DNA of 64,000 nt. Source: an uncultured Christensenella sp. (GTDB lineage Bacteria; Bacillota; Clostridia; Christensenellales; Borkfalkiaceae). The position numbers and the translations under genes are program-made. Below the pieces are notes generated by a model, which was not told where the DNA came from, did not search any database, and saw only the letters and a list, made by a program, of their open reading frames with translations. Where the stretch lies: positions 38,164 through 102,163 of the forward strand of contig CAJUHC010000001.1 in the NCBI GenBank assembly GCA_910586345.1. The letters run 5' to 3'. This document shows positions 1-10,958 of the stretch, in pieces (the first letter of the stretch is position 1; every line of letters starts with the position of its first letter).

Positions 1-537
1 CTTACCTGCGTCTGTCTGAATAACCGCTACGGTATCTTCTATGGTAAAGTCGCCCTTTCCCACCGAAACAACCGTGCCCTCGATTCCGTTAGGCACTAAA
101 ATTCTATGCTCGATTATTTCCGTTTCGCGCACGGTGCCGAGGATATCTCCTTCCTTTACTACGTCACCCTCTTTTACGAGCGGAGAAAAAGTCCATTTCT
201 TTTCGCGGTCAAGATTATTTACCGACACTCCTCTCGAAATACGCGAACCGTATTTAAAATAAAGAGTAGTCAAAGGACGCTGAATACCGTCGAAAATTCC
301 CGATACAAGCCCCGGAGCGAGCTCAACAGAAAGAGGTTCGCCGGTAGAAGTCACTTCCTCGCCGGGCCTCAGACCGGAAGTTTCCTCGTAAACCTGTATA
401 GAAGCCTTATCTCCTCTGAGCTCGATAACTTCGCCTATCAATCCTTTTTGCGATACGTGTACGACGTCGTACATTTTGCAGTCGGCCATTCCCTCGGCTA
501 TTATCAGAGGTCCCGAAATTTTTACTGTTTTACCCAT
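1..537 (-). CDS. ntpA: V-type ATP synthase catalytic subunit A, N-terminal part (gene runs off the window start)
   Basis: My own minus-strand translation from the ATG at 537 gives MGKTVKISGPLIIAEGMADCKMYDVVHVSQKGLIGEVIELRGDKASIQVYEETSGLRPGEEV..., a typical A-subunit N-terminus. It lies directly downstream of subunit F. It is missing from the ORF track because it is open at the window edge. Confidence 0.85.
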   Translation of the reverse strand, partial: MGKTVKISGPLIIAEGMADCKMYDVVHVSQKGLIGEVIELRGDKASIQVYEETSGLRPGEEVTSTGEPLSVELAPGLVSGIFDGIQRPLTTLYFKYGSRISRGVSVNNLDREKKWTFSPLVKEGDVVKEGDILGTVRETEIIEHRILVPNGIEGTVVSVGKGDFTIEDTVAVIQTDAGK

Positions 538-593
538 AAAAGAAAATCTCCTCCCGCAAGTATATGTTGCCTGCGCGGAATATATTTAAAAAA

Positions 594-914
594 TCAGCTG
601 TTGAATAAAATATCCACGCCGAGCGCGCGCTCCATCGCGCTTTTCAAAAGCTCGGTTCCGTGTCCCGTGCTCCCGTTTTTGGACGGTATGCTCAATATAA
701 CAGGATAGGGCTGTTCGTCGAAACGTTTTAAAAACTCCGACAGCGGTCTTGCAAGTTCTTCCGTAAGAAAAATTATACGATAGTCTTTGGCTATCTTTCT
801 GATAGTTTCGCGCGCTTTCGTCTCGTTTTCCGCGGGATATGCGGAAACTCCCGCGGCTTTGAAAACCATTATGCTGTCACCGTCGCCGACTATCGCCATT
901 TTGCCCAAACTCAT
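594..914 (-). CDS. V-type ATP synthase subunit F
   Basis: I trimmed ORF 594..1151 to the internal ATG at 914 (MSLGKMAIVGDGDSIMVFKAAGV...). The product is about 106 aa, the size of subunit F, and its sequence is F-like. It sits between subunits C and A. Confidence 0.8.
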   Translation of the reverse strand: MSLGKMAIVGDGDSIMVFKAAGVSAYPAENETKARETIRKIAKDYRIIFLTEELARPLSEFLKRFDEQPYPVILSIPSKNGSTGHGTELLKSAMERALGVDILFNS

Positions 915-925
915 AATTCCTCCGA

Positions 926-1894
926 CTATCTTAACCGTTTCTTTATCTCGTTGCCGCTCATTCCCGCAAGCAGACATACGAAAAGAATTCTTACGTTCGC
1001 GTTCTCGGCACGGCGTCTGAAAACGTAATACAAAAAAGGCTGATTCGCTTTCAGCTCGTGACGTCTTTCCGAAAAATATTGCATTTCGAAACTTTCGGAA
1101 AACTTTTCCGCTTCGGTCAAAGGCAGTCCCTGAGACTGAGCCGAGAAACATTTTTTTATGAACCCCTCATAACCCGTACCGTCGAACGAACGCAATGCTT
1201 TTTCCTTGTCTTCATAAAAAAGTTTTTTAAGCTGTTCTCCGTCAAGCCTACCGCCTTCCGCAAAACAGCTTTGCGCGTGTTCGAAGCTACCCGAACGCAG
1301 CGCCGTTAATATGTTAGCCGTATCGGCTTTTATAACCAGCAATTTCTTCAAGAGCGGATTTCTGAAACAGACTTGCTTTAAATGGGTAAATTTCGCTTTT
1401 TCGAATACGTTTCCTATAACCGCACCCGAAACTGCGGTTTCGCTTTCCGTAAACAGCTTTACCGCTTCTTCGACGGCTTTTGAAAGAGCTTTGCCGAGCG
1501 GAGCGTAATTGCCGTCCGATATGCAGTTCGAAATTACCGATACGGGAATCATACCTTCGGGCGCGAGAAGTTTTTCGGGGTCGAATTTAAGACAGTGCGC
1601 TTTCACGAGAGCTTTCGCGTTATGGAAATCCTGCGGAGAGAGCAGGTATTCGGCTTCCGCGCGCGACGGCGCGTATTTGCGAATAAAAGCGTCCGTATCA
1701 GCCTCGTCAGCTGAAACGAGTTTTTCGAATTCGTATACAGACGAAATTTCCGTTCCCCTGCCGAATCCCGTTTCAATGAGCGTACGCAAAGCCTCCTTTG
1801 CGTCCGTTTCGCAAAGTCTGTATATCCTGTCATTCAAAAGATATTTCTCTCTGACGGCTATAACGCCGTTCGTATATGTTGCGTCCTTACCCAT
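926..1894 (-). CDS. ntpC: V-type ATP synthase subunit C (d-type)
   Basis: 322 aa, at the expected position in the operon between E and F. ATG at 1894. Confidence 0.8.
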   Translation of the reverse strand: MGKDATYTNGVIAVREKYLLNDRIYRLCETDAKEALRTLIETGFGRGTEISSVYEFEKLVSADEADTDAFIRKYAPSRAEAEYLLSPQDFHNAKALVKAHCLKFDPEKLLAPEGMIPVSVISNCISDGNYAPLGKALSKAVEEAVKLFTESETAVSGAVIGNVFEKAKFTHLKQVCFRNPLLKKLLVIKADTANILTALRSGSFEHAQSCFAEGGRLDGEQLKKLFYEDKEKALRSFDGTGYEGFIKKCFSAQSQGLPLTEAEKFSESFEMQYFSERRHELKANQPFLYYVFRRRAENANVRILFVCLLAGMSGNEIKKRLR

Positions 1895-1926
1895 TACCTA
1901 ACCTTAAAATCGAATGCGCTTACGGT

Positions 1927-2496
1927 TTAATTGAAAATCTGCAACGCTATTTCCGCCTGACGTTCCTCGCGGTCGGCAGACAAAAGCGAACCGTAGGACA
2001 GATTTTTATCGGAATTTACGCCGCACAGCGTAAACCCGCCGTCTATTTTCGCCGTCTTTGAAGACTGTTTTAAATTCTTTTCTTTAACTACGGGAAGTTT
2101 CATAACGTCCTGCGCATAACGGTAATTTTCAGCGAAGATTATTTCGTCGCCGTCGTCGGCGTAAGCCTTTAACAGCTTTTCCGCCAGATAAAGCGCCGTC
2201 GGTTTGTCGAGAGCCACGAGCAAACCGAGCGCGCGGGCGTAAATTTCGTCAATTACCGCCCTTCTTTCGCCAAGCGCTATTTTTAAACCGTCAAGACGCG
2301 CAGACGCTGCCTGACCGTCGAAAATACCTTTGACGCGCGCGTCGATTTCGGCTTGCGTACCTATCTTGTTTCTTTCGGCGCGTAAAGAAGCTTCGCCGAC
2401 CGCAACGGAGGCTTTATTTTCCGCGTCTTCTATTATTTTGCGCGCTTCCTGTTCCGCGTCGGAAATTATTCTGTCGACAATTGCCTTTTCGCTCAT
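1927..2496 (-). CDS. ntpE: V-type ATP synthase subunit E
   Basis: 189 aa with a charged, coiled N-terminus (MSEKAIVDRIISDAEQEARKIIEDAENKA...), typical of the E stalk subunit. Confidence 0.8.
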   Translation of the reverse strand: MSEKAIVDRIISDAEQEARKIIEDAENKASVAVGEASLRAERNKIGTQAEIDARVKGIFDGQAASARLDGLKIALGERRAVIDEIYARALGLLVALDKPTALYLAEKLLKAYADDGDEIIFAENYRYAQDVMKLPVVKEKNLKQSSKTAKIDGGFTLCGVNSDKNLSYGSLLSADREERQAEIALQIFN

Positions 2497-2506
2497 AGTT
2501 TCCGCC

Positions 2507-2950
2507 TTAAAGCATTATGGAAATGATAAGTCCCAAAATAGCGTAGAACTCTATCATTGCGGGATATATTATAAGTTTACCGCCGAGCGATTCCTGCTTG
2601 CCCACCGCGTAAATGCAGTTAGCCGACGACTTGCCCTGGAAAATACCCGTTACAAGTCCTGATAAAGCCATAGGCAGTACTTTTCCCAATAAAGCCCAGC
2701 CCTGCGCGGCTACCATTCCGTCGACAAGCGACGAAGAAGCTATAATACCGATAATAAAACCGTAAATACCCTGCGTTGCGGGAAGGAGAACGAGCACGAG
2801 GACTTTGCCGAACTTTTTAGGGTCTTCGCCCAAAACGCCCGCCGCCGCGCTGCCCGTTTTGTAAAGTCCGATTGCCGAACCTATTCCGCACAAGAGCACG
2901 CAAATCGCAATTCCGATTATACCGATAGCATAACCACTGGTAATATTCAT
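2507..2950 (-). CDS. ntpK: V-type ATP synthase proteolipid subunit K
   Basis: 147 aa and very hydrophobic. It carries LLPATQGIYGF and AMIEFYAILG motifs like Enterococcus hirae NtpK. A GGAGG RBS lies upstream. Confidence 0.85.
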   Translation of the reverse strand: MNITSGYAIGIIGIAICVLLCGIGSAIGLYKTGSAAAGVLGEDPKKFGKVLVLVLLPATQGIYGFIIGIIASSSLVDGMVAAQGWALLGKVLPMALSGLVTGIFQGKSSANCIYAVGKQESLGGKLIIYPAMIEFYAILGLIISIML

Positions 2951-2985
2951 AATAAACCTCCGAAAAATTATGTTCTGAACTGATT

Positions 2986-4962
2986 TTAACCGTTCAGATA
3001 AATATATTTATGTTTCGAACCGAGAGGAGCGAAAAGCTCGCCCTCGCCTTCGTAAAACCTGCCGTAAAACTCAACGTACTGCAATCTCGCGTCGTGAATA
3101 TACGCGCCGAGCAGACCAATCGCAAGGTTGAACGCGTGACCTATAAACATAAGAACCACGCCCAAAATAACGAGCCCCGCGTTTCCGCTGAAAAGCATTC
3201 CGACTCCGCCGTTCATACCTGTTACCGCGTATCCCGATATAATCTGCGCTATTACCGCTCCCGACAGCATCAGTCCGTAAAGCCTTGCATAACTCAATAC
3301 GTCTGAAGCAAAGTTGATAACTCCGTAAGCGGCGCCGAAACCTTTTGTGAATTTACCTAATATTTTTTCTTTTCTACCAGCAGTAAGCATTGCGGTTAAA
3401 AGCATTGCGCCCGCGGTAATGCCTCCCGCATAAGCGAGAACAGTAAGTTTGAAATCGTCGATAAGCCCGACTACGGCAAGCCCTACTCCCGCCGTAAACA
3501 AAGCCCATACGACTCCGTCGAAAATACCGTCCAGAATTTTACCGCGCCGCCAGCACTGAACCGCCTTGCATATATAACCCGCGCAAAGCTGAACCGTTCC
3601 TATTAAAAGGCTGATTATGAGCACGGCGGGTATTTTAATACCCGTCAAACTCCACATATCGCCTTGGGCGTCAGGCATAACCGCGCTTTTAAATAAAGGC
3701 AAGCCGAACAGCGAGTTAAACAAAAAGCCCCATATAACCGCAAATATACCGCCTACCGCGAAAACGCCCGCAAGCCTTTTCATTCCCGTATCGCGATTTG
3801 TTCTGAAATATACGAATCCGCCCAGAACCGTCATCAGAAGTCCGTAACCGACGTCGCCCATAATAAAACCGAGGAACACGCTGTAAAAGAAAGCCATAAT
3901 CGCGTTGGGGTCGAATTCTCCGTAGCGTACCGGCGAATACATATTCGTTACCGCTTCAAAGTTTTTAACCACCTTATTGTTCTTTAAAAGCGTCGGCGGA
4001 ATTTCGTCTTCCGCAGGGCTCGAAAATTCGAAATATACCGCGTCCGAAACTTCCTCAACGGCGTTTTTTATCTTTTCTTCGCACTCTTTCGGAACGTAAG
4101 CCTCCAAGAGAAAAGTCGTCAAAGTCGCCCTCAGTTTTTCGGACAGCTCCGCCTTTTCAAGTTCGAACGAAAGATAGTCGCTGTAAATTTTCATATCGCG
4201 GATTCGGTCTTTCAGCGAATACGCATTCTCCGCGTTTAATACGATTTCTTTTTTTATTTCGGTTATGCGCTCCGTCAGAGCTTTATAAAAATCGCGCCCC
4301 GTGCACCCGTCGTTAAAAGGGCATACCGAAAATCCCGCTTCCTGCAATAATTTTTCAGTATCCTGCGCGGCAGACTTATGATACGCGGCGAATATCAGAC
4401 GTTCGCCGCCGCGCCCGGAAAGAGTTTTAAACGTGAAAAGCTCGCTATCCGAAAGATTAGCGACTGCTTTTTCAGGAAGCGTTCCCAAACGGAATTCCGT
4501 ATGCTCCGTACCGCGGATATCCAAAGGATAATCCAAAAGAGAATATATTTCCGCAGACGAAACCGTGCGGCGCAGTTTATTGAGTTCCGAGGCGAGTTCC
4601 TTTTCTTTCGCGTAAATCGAGTCGATTTTGTTTACGAGTCCGGACATATCGTCCGCCATATCTTTGGCGGACATAAATTGCGAATACGAAACTTCGAATC
4701 CGTCCTTCAATTCATCGTCGGCTTTTATCTTGTTTTCCTTAACGTAAACGTTTACGGCAAAAGATAGCCGTTCCAGCGCCGTATCCGTTTTTGCAAGATT
4801 CAAGCGCAGATTTTCGCAGTCCGCCGTAAGCGCCGAAGTATTCTCCGCTTCGTAATGCATTTTAATCTCGGTTGCGCCCGTACGTTGAAGAGCATTTAAC
4901 AGAGCGTCTTTTTCATAAGACATTCCCGCGAGATTGAGTTTGACCATCTCAGCAACCGCCAC
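2986..4962 (-). CDS. ntpI: V-type ATP synthase subunit I (a-type stator/membrane subunit)
   Basis: 658 aa with a soluble N-terminal half and a polytopic C-terminal half. The GTG start at 4962 overlaps the stop of the upstream gene. An alternative ATG lies at 4947. Confidence 0.8.
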   Translation of the reverse strand: MAVAEMVKLNLAGMSYEKDALLNALQRTGATEIKMHYEAENTSALTADCENLRLNLAKTDTALERLSFAVNVYVKENKIKADDELKDGFEVSYSQFMSAKDMADDMSGLVNKIDSIYAKEKELASELNKLRRTVSSAEIYSLLDYPLDIRGTEHTEFRLGTLPEKAVANLSDSELFTFKTLSGRGGERLIFAAYHKSAAQDTEKLLQEAGFSVCPFNDGCTGRDFYKALTERITEIKKEIVLNAENAYSLKDRIRDMKIYSDYLSFELEKAELSEKLRATLTTFLLEAYVPKECEEKIKNAVEEVSDAVYFEFSSPAEDEIPPTLLKNNKVVKNFEAVTNMYSPVRYGEFDPNAIMAFFYSVFLGFIMGDVGYGLLMTVLGGFVYFRTNRDTGMKRLAGVFAVGGIFAVIWGFLFNSLFGLPLFKSAVMPDAQGDMWSLTGIKIPAVLIISLLIGTVQLCAGYICKAVQCWRRGKILDGIFDGVVWALFTAGVGLAVVGLIDDFKLTVLAYAGGITAGAMLLTAMLTAGRKEKILGKFTKGFGAAYGVINFASDVLSYARLYGLMLSGAVIAQIISGYAVTGMNGGVGMLFSGNAGLVILGVVLMFIGHAFNLAIGLLGAYIHDARLQYVEFYGRFYEGEGELFAPLGSKHKYIYLNG

Positions 4963-5266
4963 GCGTAATCCTCCGCACTATATCGTTTACTATTTTATCG
5001 ATGTTTTTAATTCTTTCGGCGCGGTACTGCGCGGACTCAGCCCTTTTAACCGTAATTTCGGACTCGTAATTTTTCCGCGCTTGCTCTTTCGCGGTTTTAA
5101 TGCTTTTTTCTCGTAAAGCCTTGCACTCGGCTTCGGACAGCGCTAAAATCTCCGCGCTCCTGTTCTCGGCGTTTTCCGCGATTTCAGCCGCTTTTTTAAT
5201 CGCGGCCGCTTTGATTTCAGCCGCTTTTTCCTCGGCTTCGTTTATACTGTTTATAATTTCCTGCAT
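4949..5266 (-). CDS. V-type ATPase small stalk subunit (G/H-like)
   Basis: 105 aa with an Ala/Glu/Lys-rich helical sequence. It is the first gene of the operon, as in the ntpF position of E. hirae. Confidence 0.6.
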   Translation of the reverse strand: MQEIINSINEAEEKAAEIKAAAIKKAAEIAENAENRSAEILALSEAECKALREKSIKTAKEQARKNYESEITVKRAESAQYRAERIKNIDKIVNDIVRRITRGGC

Positions 5267-5341
5267 ATAAAACCCCGATTGAATTCTATTGAATATTTTA
5301 CCATATTTTACTTTTTATTGCAATGAAATCGCCGTGAAATT

Positions 5342-6673
5342 TTAAGCATAGCCGTACTTTTTGCGGAATGCGATAACAAACGCCGCCGTAACCGCAAGCG
5401 ATATTATCTCCGCAAAAACGGTTGCCGACCATACTCCGTCGATATCGAGAAAAACAGGAAAAACCAGAACCGCGGCAACCTGAAACACGAGCGTTCGCAG
5501 AAAGGATATAATTCCCGAAACCAGCCCGTTGTTCAAAGCGGTGAACATAGACGAACCGAAGTAGCTGAACCCCGCAATCAGAAACGCAGGCGCGTATATT
5601 CTGAAACCTCTCAAAGTCATATCGAAAATTTCGCCGTCGTAACCGAAAATTTTAAAAAAAGGATATGCGAGCGCTTCCGATAACGCAGTCATCGATATTC
5701 CGCAAACCGCGGTAATTATCATACTTTTCTTAAACAGATTTTTCAGCTCTTCCCTGTTATCCGCGCCATAATTGTAAGCGAAAAGCGGGGCGCAGCCGAC
5801 CGCATAACCCATAAAAATAGCGTAAAAAATCATTGCGACGTACATCATAGTTCCGTACGCGGCAAGACCGCCGTCGCCCGCTACAATCTTCTGAATCTGA
5901 AAATTATAAAGCATAGTTACGACTGCGGCGGATACGTTTGCAAGAAACTCGGAAGAACCGTTGGTACAAGCTTTAAGAAAGGCTCGCCCGTAAAACCTCG
6001 TTTTCGTAAGGCGCAAAAGGCTGTTGTTTTTCGCAAAAAAGTATATAAGCGGCGCTACTCCGCCTATCACCTGGCTTGCGGCGGTAGCGGCCGCCGCTCC
6101 GGCAAGCCCCCACTTGAACCCCGCAACAAATACCGCATCGAGAATTATGTTCGCAAAGCCTGCCGCCGCCGTAACTATAAGACCGAGACGGGGCTTTTCC
6201 GCGGCGACGAAAAAACTCTGAAATACGTTTTGCAGGATAAAAAACGGCTGCGCCCCGATAAGCACTCTGCCGTAAAGTACGCAGTAATCGTAAGTTACGC
6301 CTTCCGCGCCGAACCATTTCGCAATCGGAGGAACAATAAACTGACCCGCCACGGCGATTATCGCGCCTATACCGAATGTGACGTAAACAAGCATTGAAAA
6401 ATAAGCGTTCGCCTTTTCTTTATCGCCCGCGCCGAGCGTTTTTGAAACAAGCGCGCTGCCGCCCGCGCCGAGCATAAACCCAATCGAACCGAGCACGAAA
6501 ATAAGCGGAAAAATCAGACTTATCGCCGCTACCGCCGACGCTCCGGCGAAATTCGAAACGAACAGACCGTCCACAACGCTGTAAACGCTCGTAAACACTA
6601 TCATAATAATTGACGGAAATACGAATATTAATAATTTTTTGAAAGTAAAATGTTCAGATAACTGTATACGCAT
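5342..6673 (-). CDS. MATE family efflux transporter
   Basis: 443 aa with about 12 TM segments and an N-terminus typical of MATE proteins (FTFKKLLIFVFPSIIMIVFTSVYSVVDGLFVSNF). Confidence 0.8.
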   Translation of the reverse strand: MRIQLSEHFTFKKLLIFVFPSIIMIVFTSVYSVVDGLFVSNFAGASAVAAISLIFPLIFVLGSIGFMLGAGGSALVSKTLGAGDKEKANAYFSMLVYVTFGIGAIIAVAGQFIVPPIAKWFGAEGVTYDYCVLYGRVLIGAQPFFILQNVFQSFFVAAEKPRLGLIVTAAAGFANIILDAVFVAGFKWGLAGAAAATAASQVIGGVAPLIYFFAKNNSLLRLTKTRFYGRAFLKACTNGSSEFLANVSAAVVTMLYNFQIQKIVAGDGGLAAYGTMMYVAMIFYAIFMGYAVGCAPLFAYNYGADNREELKNLFKKSMIITAVCGISMTALSEALAYPFFKIFGYDGEIFDMTLRGFRIYAPAFLIAGFSYFGSSMFTALNNGLVSGIISFLRTLVFQVAAVLVFPVFLDIDGVWSATVFAEIISLAVTAAFVIAFRKKYGYA

Positions 6674-6696
6674 AAAATTTACCTATAATGTTATAA

Positions 6697-6855
6697 AGTG
6701 GATAACTTTATTCGCCGAATTGTAAAAACTTGTCGAAAATTAAGCGTAATCAGCGAAATTACGGACAAGTGTTGATAATTTGTGGATAAAGTTCCTGTAT
6801 ATTTGTATTTTTAATCTTTCCACACCGTTAATTGTGGACAACTTACGGTGGATAA
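6697..6855. promoter_or_regulatory. Cluster of five same-orientation DnaA boxes (complement of TTATCCACA, at most 1 mismatch each)
   Basis: The boxes are AGTGGATAA 6697-6705, TGTTGATAA 6770-6778, TGTGGATAA 6781-6789 (perfect), TGTGGACAA 6833-6841 and GGTGGATAA 6847-6855. All lie in the 328-bp gap between dnaJ and the MATE gene. Confidence 0.6.
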
Positions 6856-6953
6856 CCACACAAAAAACGTTAAAATCGGCATACCTTTCATATTAAAAGG
6901 CACACAAATGAACTTAAATACAAATGCGTTTACGCAAATATGCACCGTAATAT

Positions 6954-6982
6954 AAAAGACCGTTTATTTTAAGCGGTCTTTT
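6954..6982 (-). terminator. Rho-independent terminator downstream of dnaJ (hairpin with A/T runs on both sides)
   Basis: AAAAGACCG-loop-CGGTCTTTT stem-loop, 20 nt after the dnaJ stop codon. Confidence 0.6.
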
Positions 6983-7001
6983 TTGCGTTAAGGTTTTATC
7001 C

Positions 7002-8147
7002 TTACTGTTTATCTATTTTTTTACCGTAAATAGCGGACATATTGTTTGCATACTTCTGCATATTTTCGCAGGACCTTAAAGGCACGGCGCTTTCGTAATC
7101 GCCAAGTCTTTTAAGCTGTTCGCGCGTAAGCTTGGCAGGAACGTCTATTTCCACCGTCACATACAGGTTGCCGGTTCCGTTGACCGTTTTAACGCCCTTG
7201 CCTCTGATACAGAAGCGCGTACCCGAAGCGGTACATTCGGGAATATTCAGTTCTATCGCGTCCTCGACTCCGGGAACGAGAACCTTTCCTCCCTGAACCG
7301 CCGTCCTGTAAGAAATAGGAACCGTTACGTACAAATCCCTGTCCTCGCGTTTTAAAAGCTTGTGCGGTTCTATACGGAAATAGATATACAAATCCCCCGC
7401 CTCTCCGCCGTTACCGGCCGCTTGTCCGAAACCGCGCTTTCTGAGACTGCTGTCTTTATCGACTCCCGCGGGAATTTTTACAGTAAACCGCGTTTCCTTG
7501 CGCAGGAAGCCTTTGCCTTTACAATCGGGACACTTATCTATGACCTGTCTGCCCGAGCCTCCGCAGTCGGGACAAACGCCGACCTGTATCGTTCTGCCGA
7601 AAATAGTGTCCTGTGTGTACTTGATTCTGCCCGAGCCTCCGCAACAGGTACAGACTTTGAAAGATGTACCGCCTTTCGCGCCCGTACCCCTGCAAGCCGA
7701 GCAGGGCTCGTTTCTGTTATAGCTTATCTCTTTTGTACAGCCCTTTATCGCGTCAAGGAACGATAAATATACTGTTTGTTCGATGTCCGCGCCGCGGTTG
7801 GGTTTTCTCTGCTCTCCTCCGAAATGTCCGCCGCCGAAACCGCCGCCGAACATAGAATTGATTATGTCCTCGAAACCGCCCATACCGCCACCGAAACCGC
7901 CGCCGAACGGATTACCTCCGCCCATTCCGGGATGTTCGAGTTCGTAATCGTATTGTTTACGTTTCTGCTCGTCGGAAAGTATTGCGTTAGCCTCGTTTAT
8001 TTCCTTAAACTTTTCCGCCGCAACCTTATCGCCGGGGTGAAAATCGGGGTGATATTGCTTGGCAAGCTTTCTGTAAGCGGATTTTATTTCATCGGACGTC
8101 GCTTTCTTGGATACGCCGAGAATATCATAGTAATTTTTATTAGCCAT
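7002..8147 (-). CDS. dnaJ: Molecular chaperone DnaJ
   Basis: J domain with HPD (YHPDFHPGD), a G/F-rich region and four CxxCxGxG zinc-finger repeats. Confidence 0.95.
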   Translation of the reverse strand: MANKNYYDILGVSKKATSDEIKSAYRKLAKQYHPDFHPGDKVAAEKFKEINEANAILSDEQKRKQYDYELEHPGMGGGNPFGGGFGGGMGGFEDIINSMFGGGFGGGHFGGEQRKPNRGADIEQTVYLSFLDAIKGCTKEISYNRNEPCSACRGTGAKGGTSFKVCTCCGGSGRIKYTQDTIFGRTIQVGVCPDCGGSGRQVIDKCPDCKGKGFLRKETRFTVKIPAGVDKDSSLRKRGFGQAAGNGGEAGDLYIYFRIEPHKLLKREDRDLYVTVPISYRTAVQGGKVLVPGVEDAIELNIPECTASGTRFCIRGKGVKTVNGTGNLYVTVEIDVPAKLTREQLKRLGDYESAVPLRSCENMQKYANNMSAIYGKKIDKQ

Positions 8148-8286
8148 ACGAGTATTCCTGAATACGCTTTAACTGATAGTGATTTATTATTTTCTGTACG
8201 GGCGCAACCGTTTTTTCTGCGGCGCCGAACGATTTAACGTATCGGCGGCTAAATTTGCGAAAACGGAAATTCCCGAAATTACGAAA

Positions 8287-8314
8287 TTTTCCGTGCTGTT
8301 CTGCGCACGGAAAA
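8287..8314 (-). terminator. Stem-loop between dnaK and dnaJ (partial terminator or processing hairpin)
   Basis: TTTTCCGTGC / GCACGGAAAA, a 10-bp perfect stem just downstream of the dnaK stop. Confidence 0.4.
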
Positions 8315-8327
8315 TTTGCGAATCGTC

Positions 8328-10669
<2,342 letters not shown>

Positions 10670-10882
10670 TTTTACACTCTCTTTTCCGTCTACATTATTA
10701 ATATAAAACTTTCGCGCCCCCGTTAAACAAAAAAACCACAAATTTTTTTACTTAAATTTCCGCCGTCCTGCAAACACTGCGAATAAAAATGAATAAATTT
10801 TTAAAATTTATGCATAAAAGACGCCGGAACAGCCACCATAACAATAATTTATAAATTTGCGTGTATTTTACCGCCATTTTAC

Positions 10883-10911
10883 TTGCCTGCAAACCGCGTT
10901 TATGATAATAT
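10883..10911 (+). promoter_or_regulatory. Putative sigma-A promoter (TTGCCT-17-TAATAT with a TG extension)
   Basis: -35 at 10883-10888 and an extended -10 TGaTAATAT at 10903-10911, about 48 nt upstream of the ATG at 10959. Confidence 0.4.
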
Positions 10912-10958
10912 AGAAATACTTACATTATAATATAAAACCCAACAAGGAGGTTAATTTT

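Noticed and set aside
594-1151. N-terminal extensions given by the ORF track for several genes: 594-1151, 10151-10741, 14311-14775, 37058-40564, 41842-42498, 55370-57577, 57568-59562 and 29760-37010.
   Set aside because: In each case an internal ATG preceded by a good SD sequence yields a canonical N-terminus (a family-typical start or a signal peptide with lipobox). The upstream extension also overlaps the preceding gene or lacks an RBS, so I used the trimmed coordinates.
5973-6317. ORF 5973-6317 (-, 114 aa, Arg-rich) and ORF 6024-6221 (+) inside the MATE gene.
   Set aside because: These are alternative-frame or antisense ORFs within a well-supported 12-TM transporter gene, and their composition is implausible.
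6697-6855. The DnaA-box cluster as the chromosomal replication origin (oriC).
   Set aside because: The flanking genes on both sides are on the same (minus) strand rather than diverging. No dnaA, dnaN or rpmH is nearby. I could not identify a convincing DUE with repeated AT-rich 13-mers. I kept it as a non-origin DnaA-box cluster. A genome-wide GC-skew analysis would settle the question.
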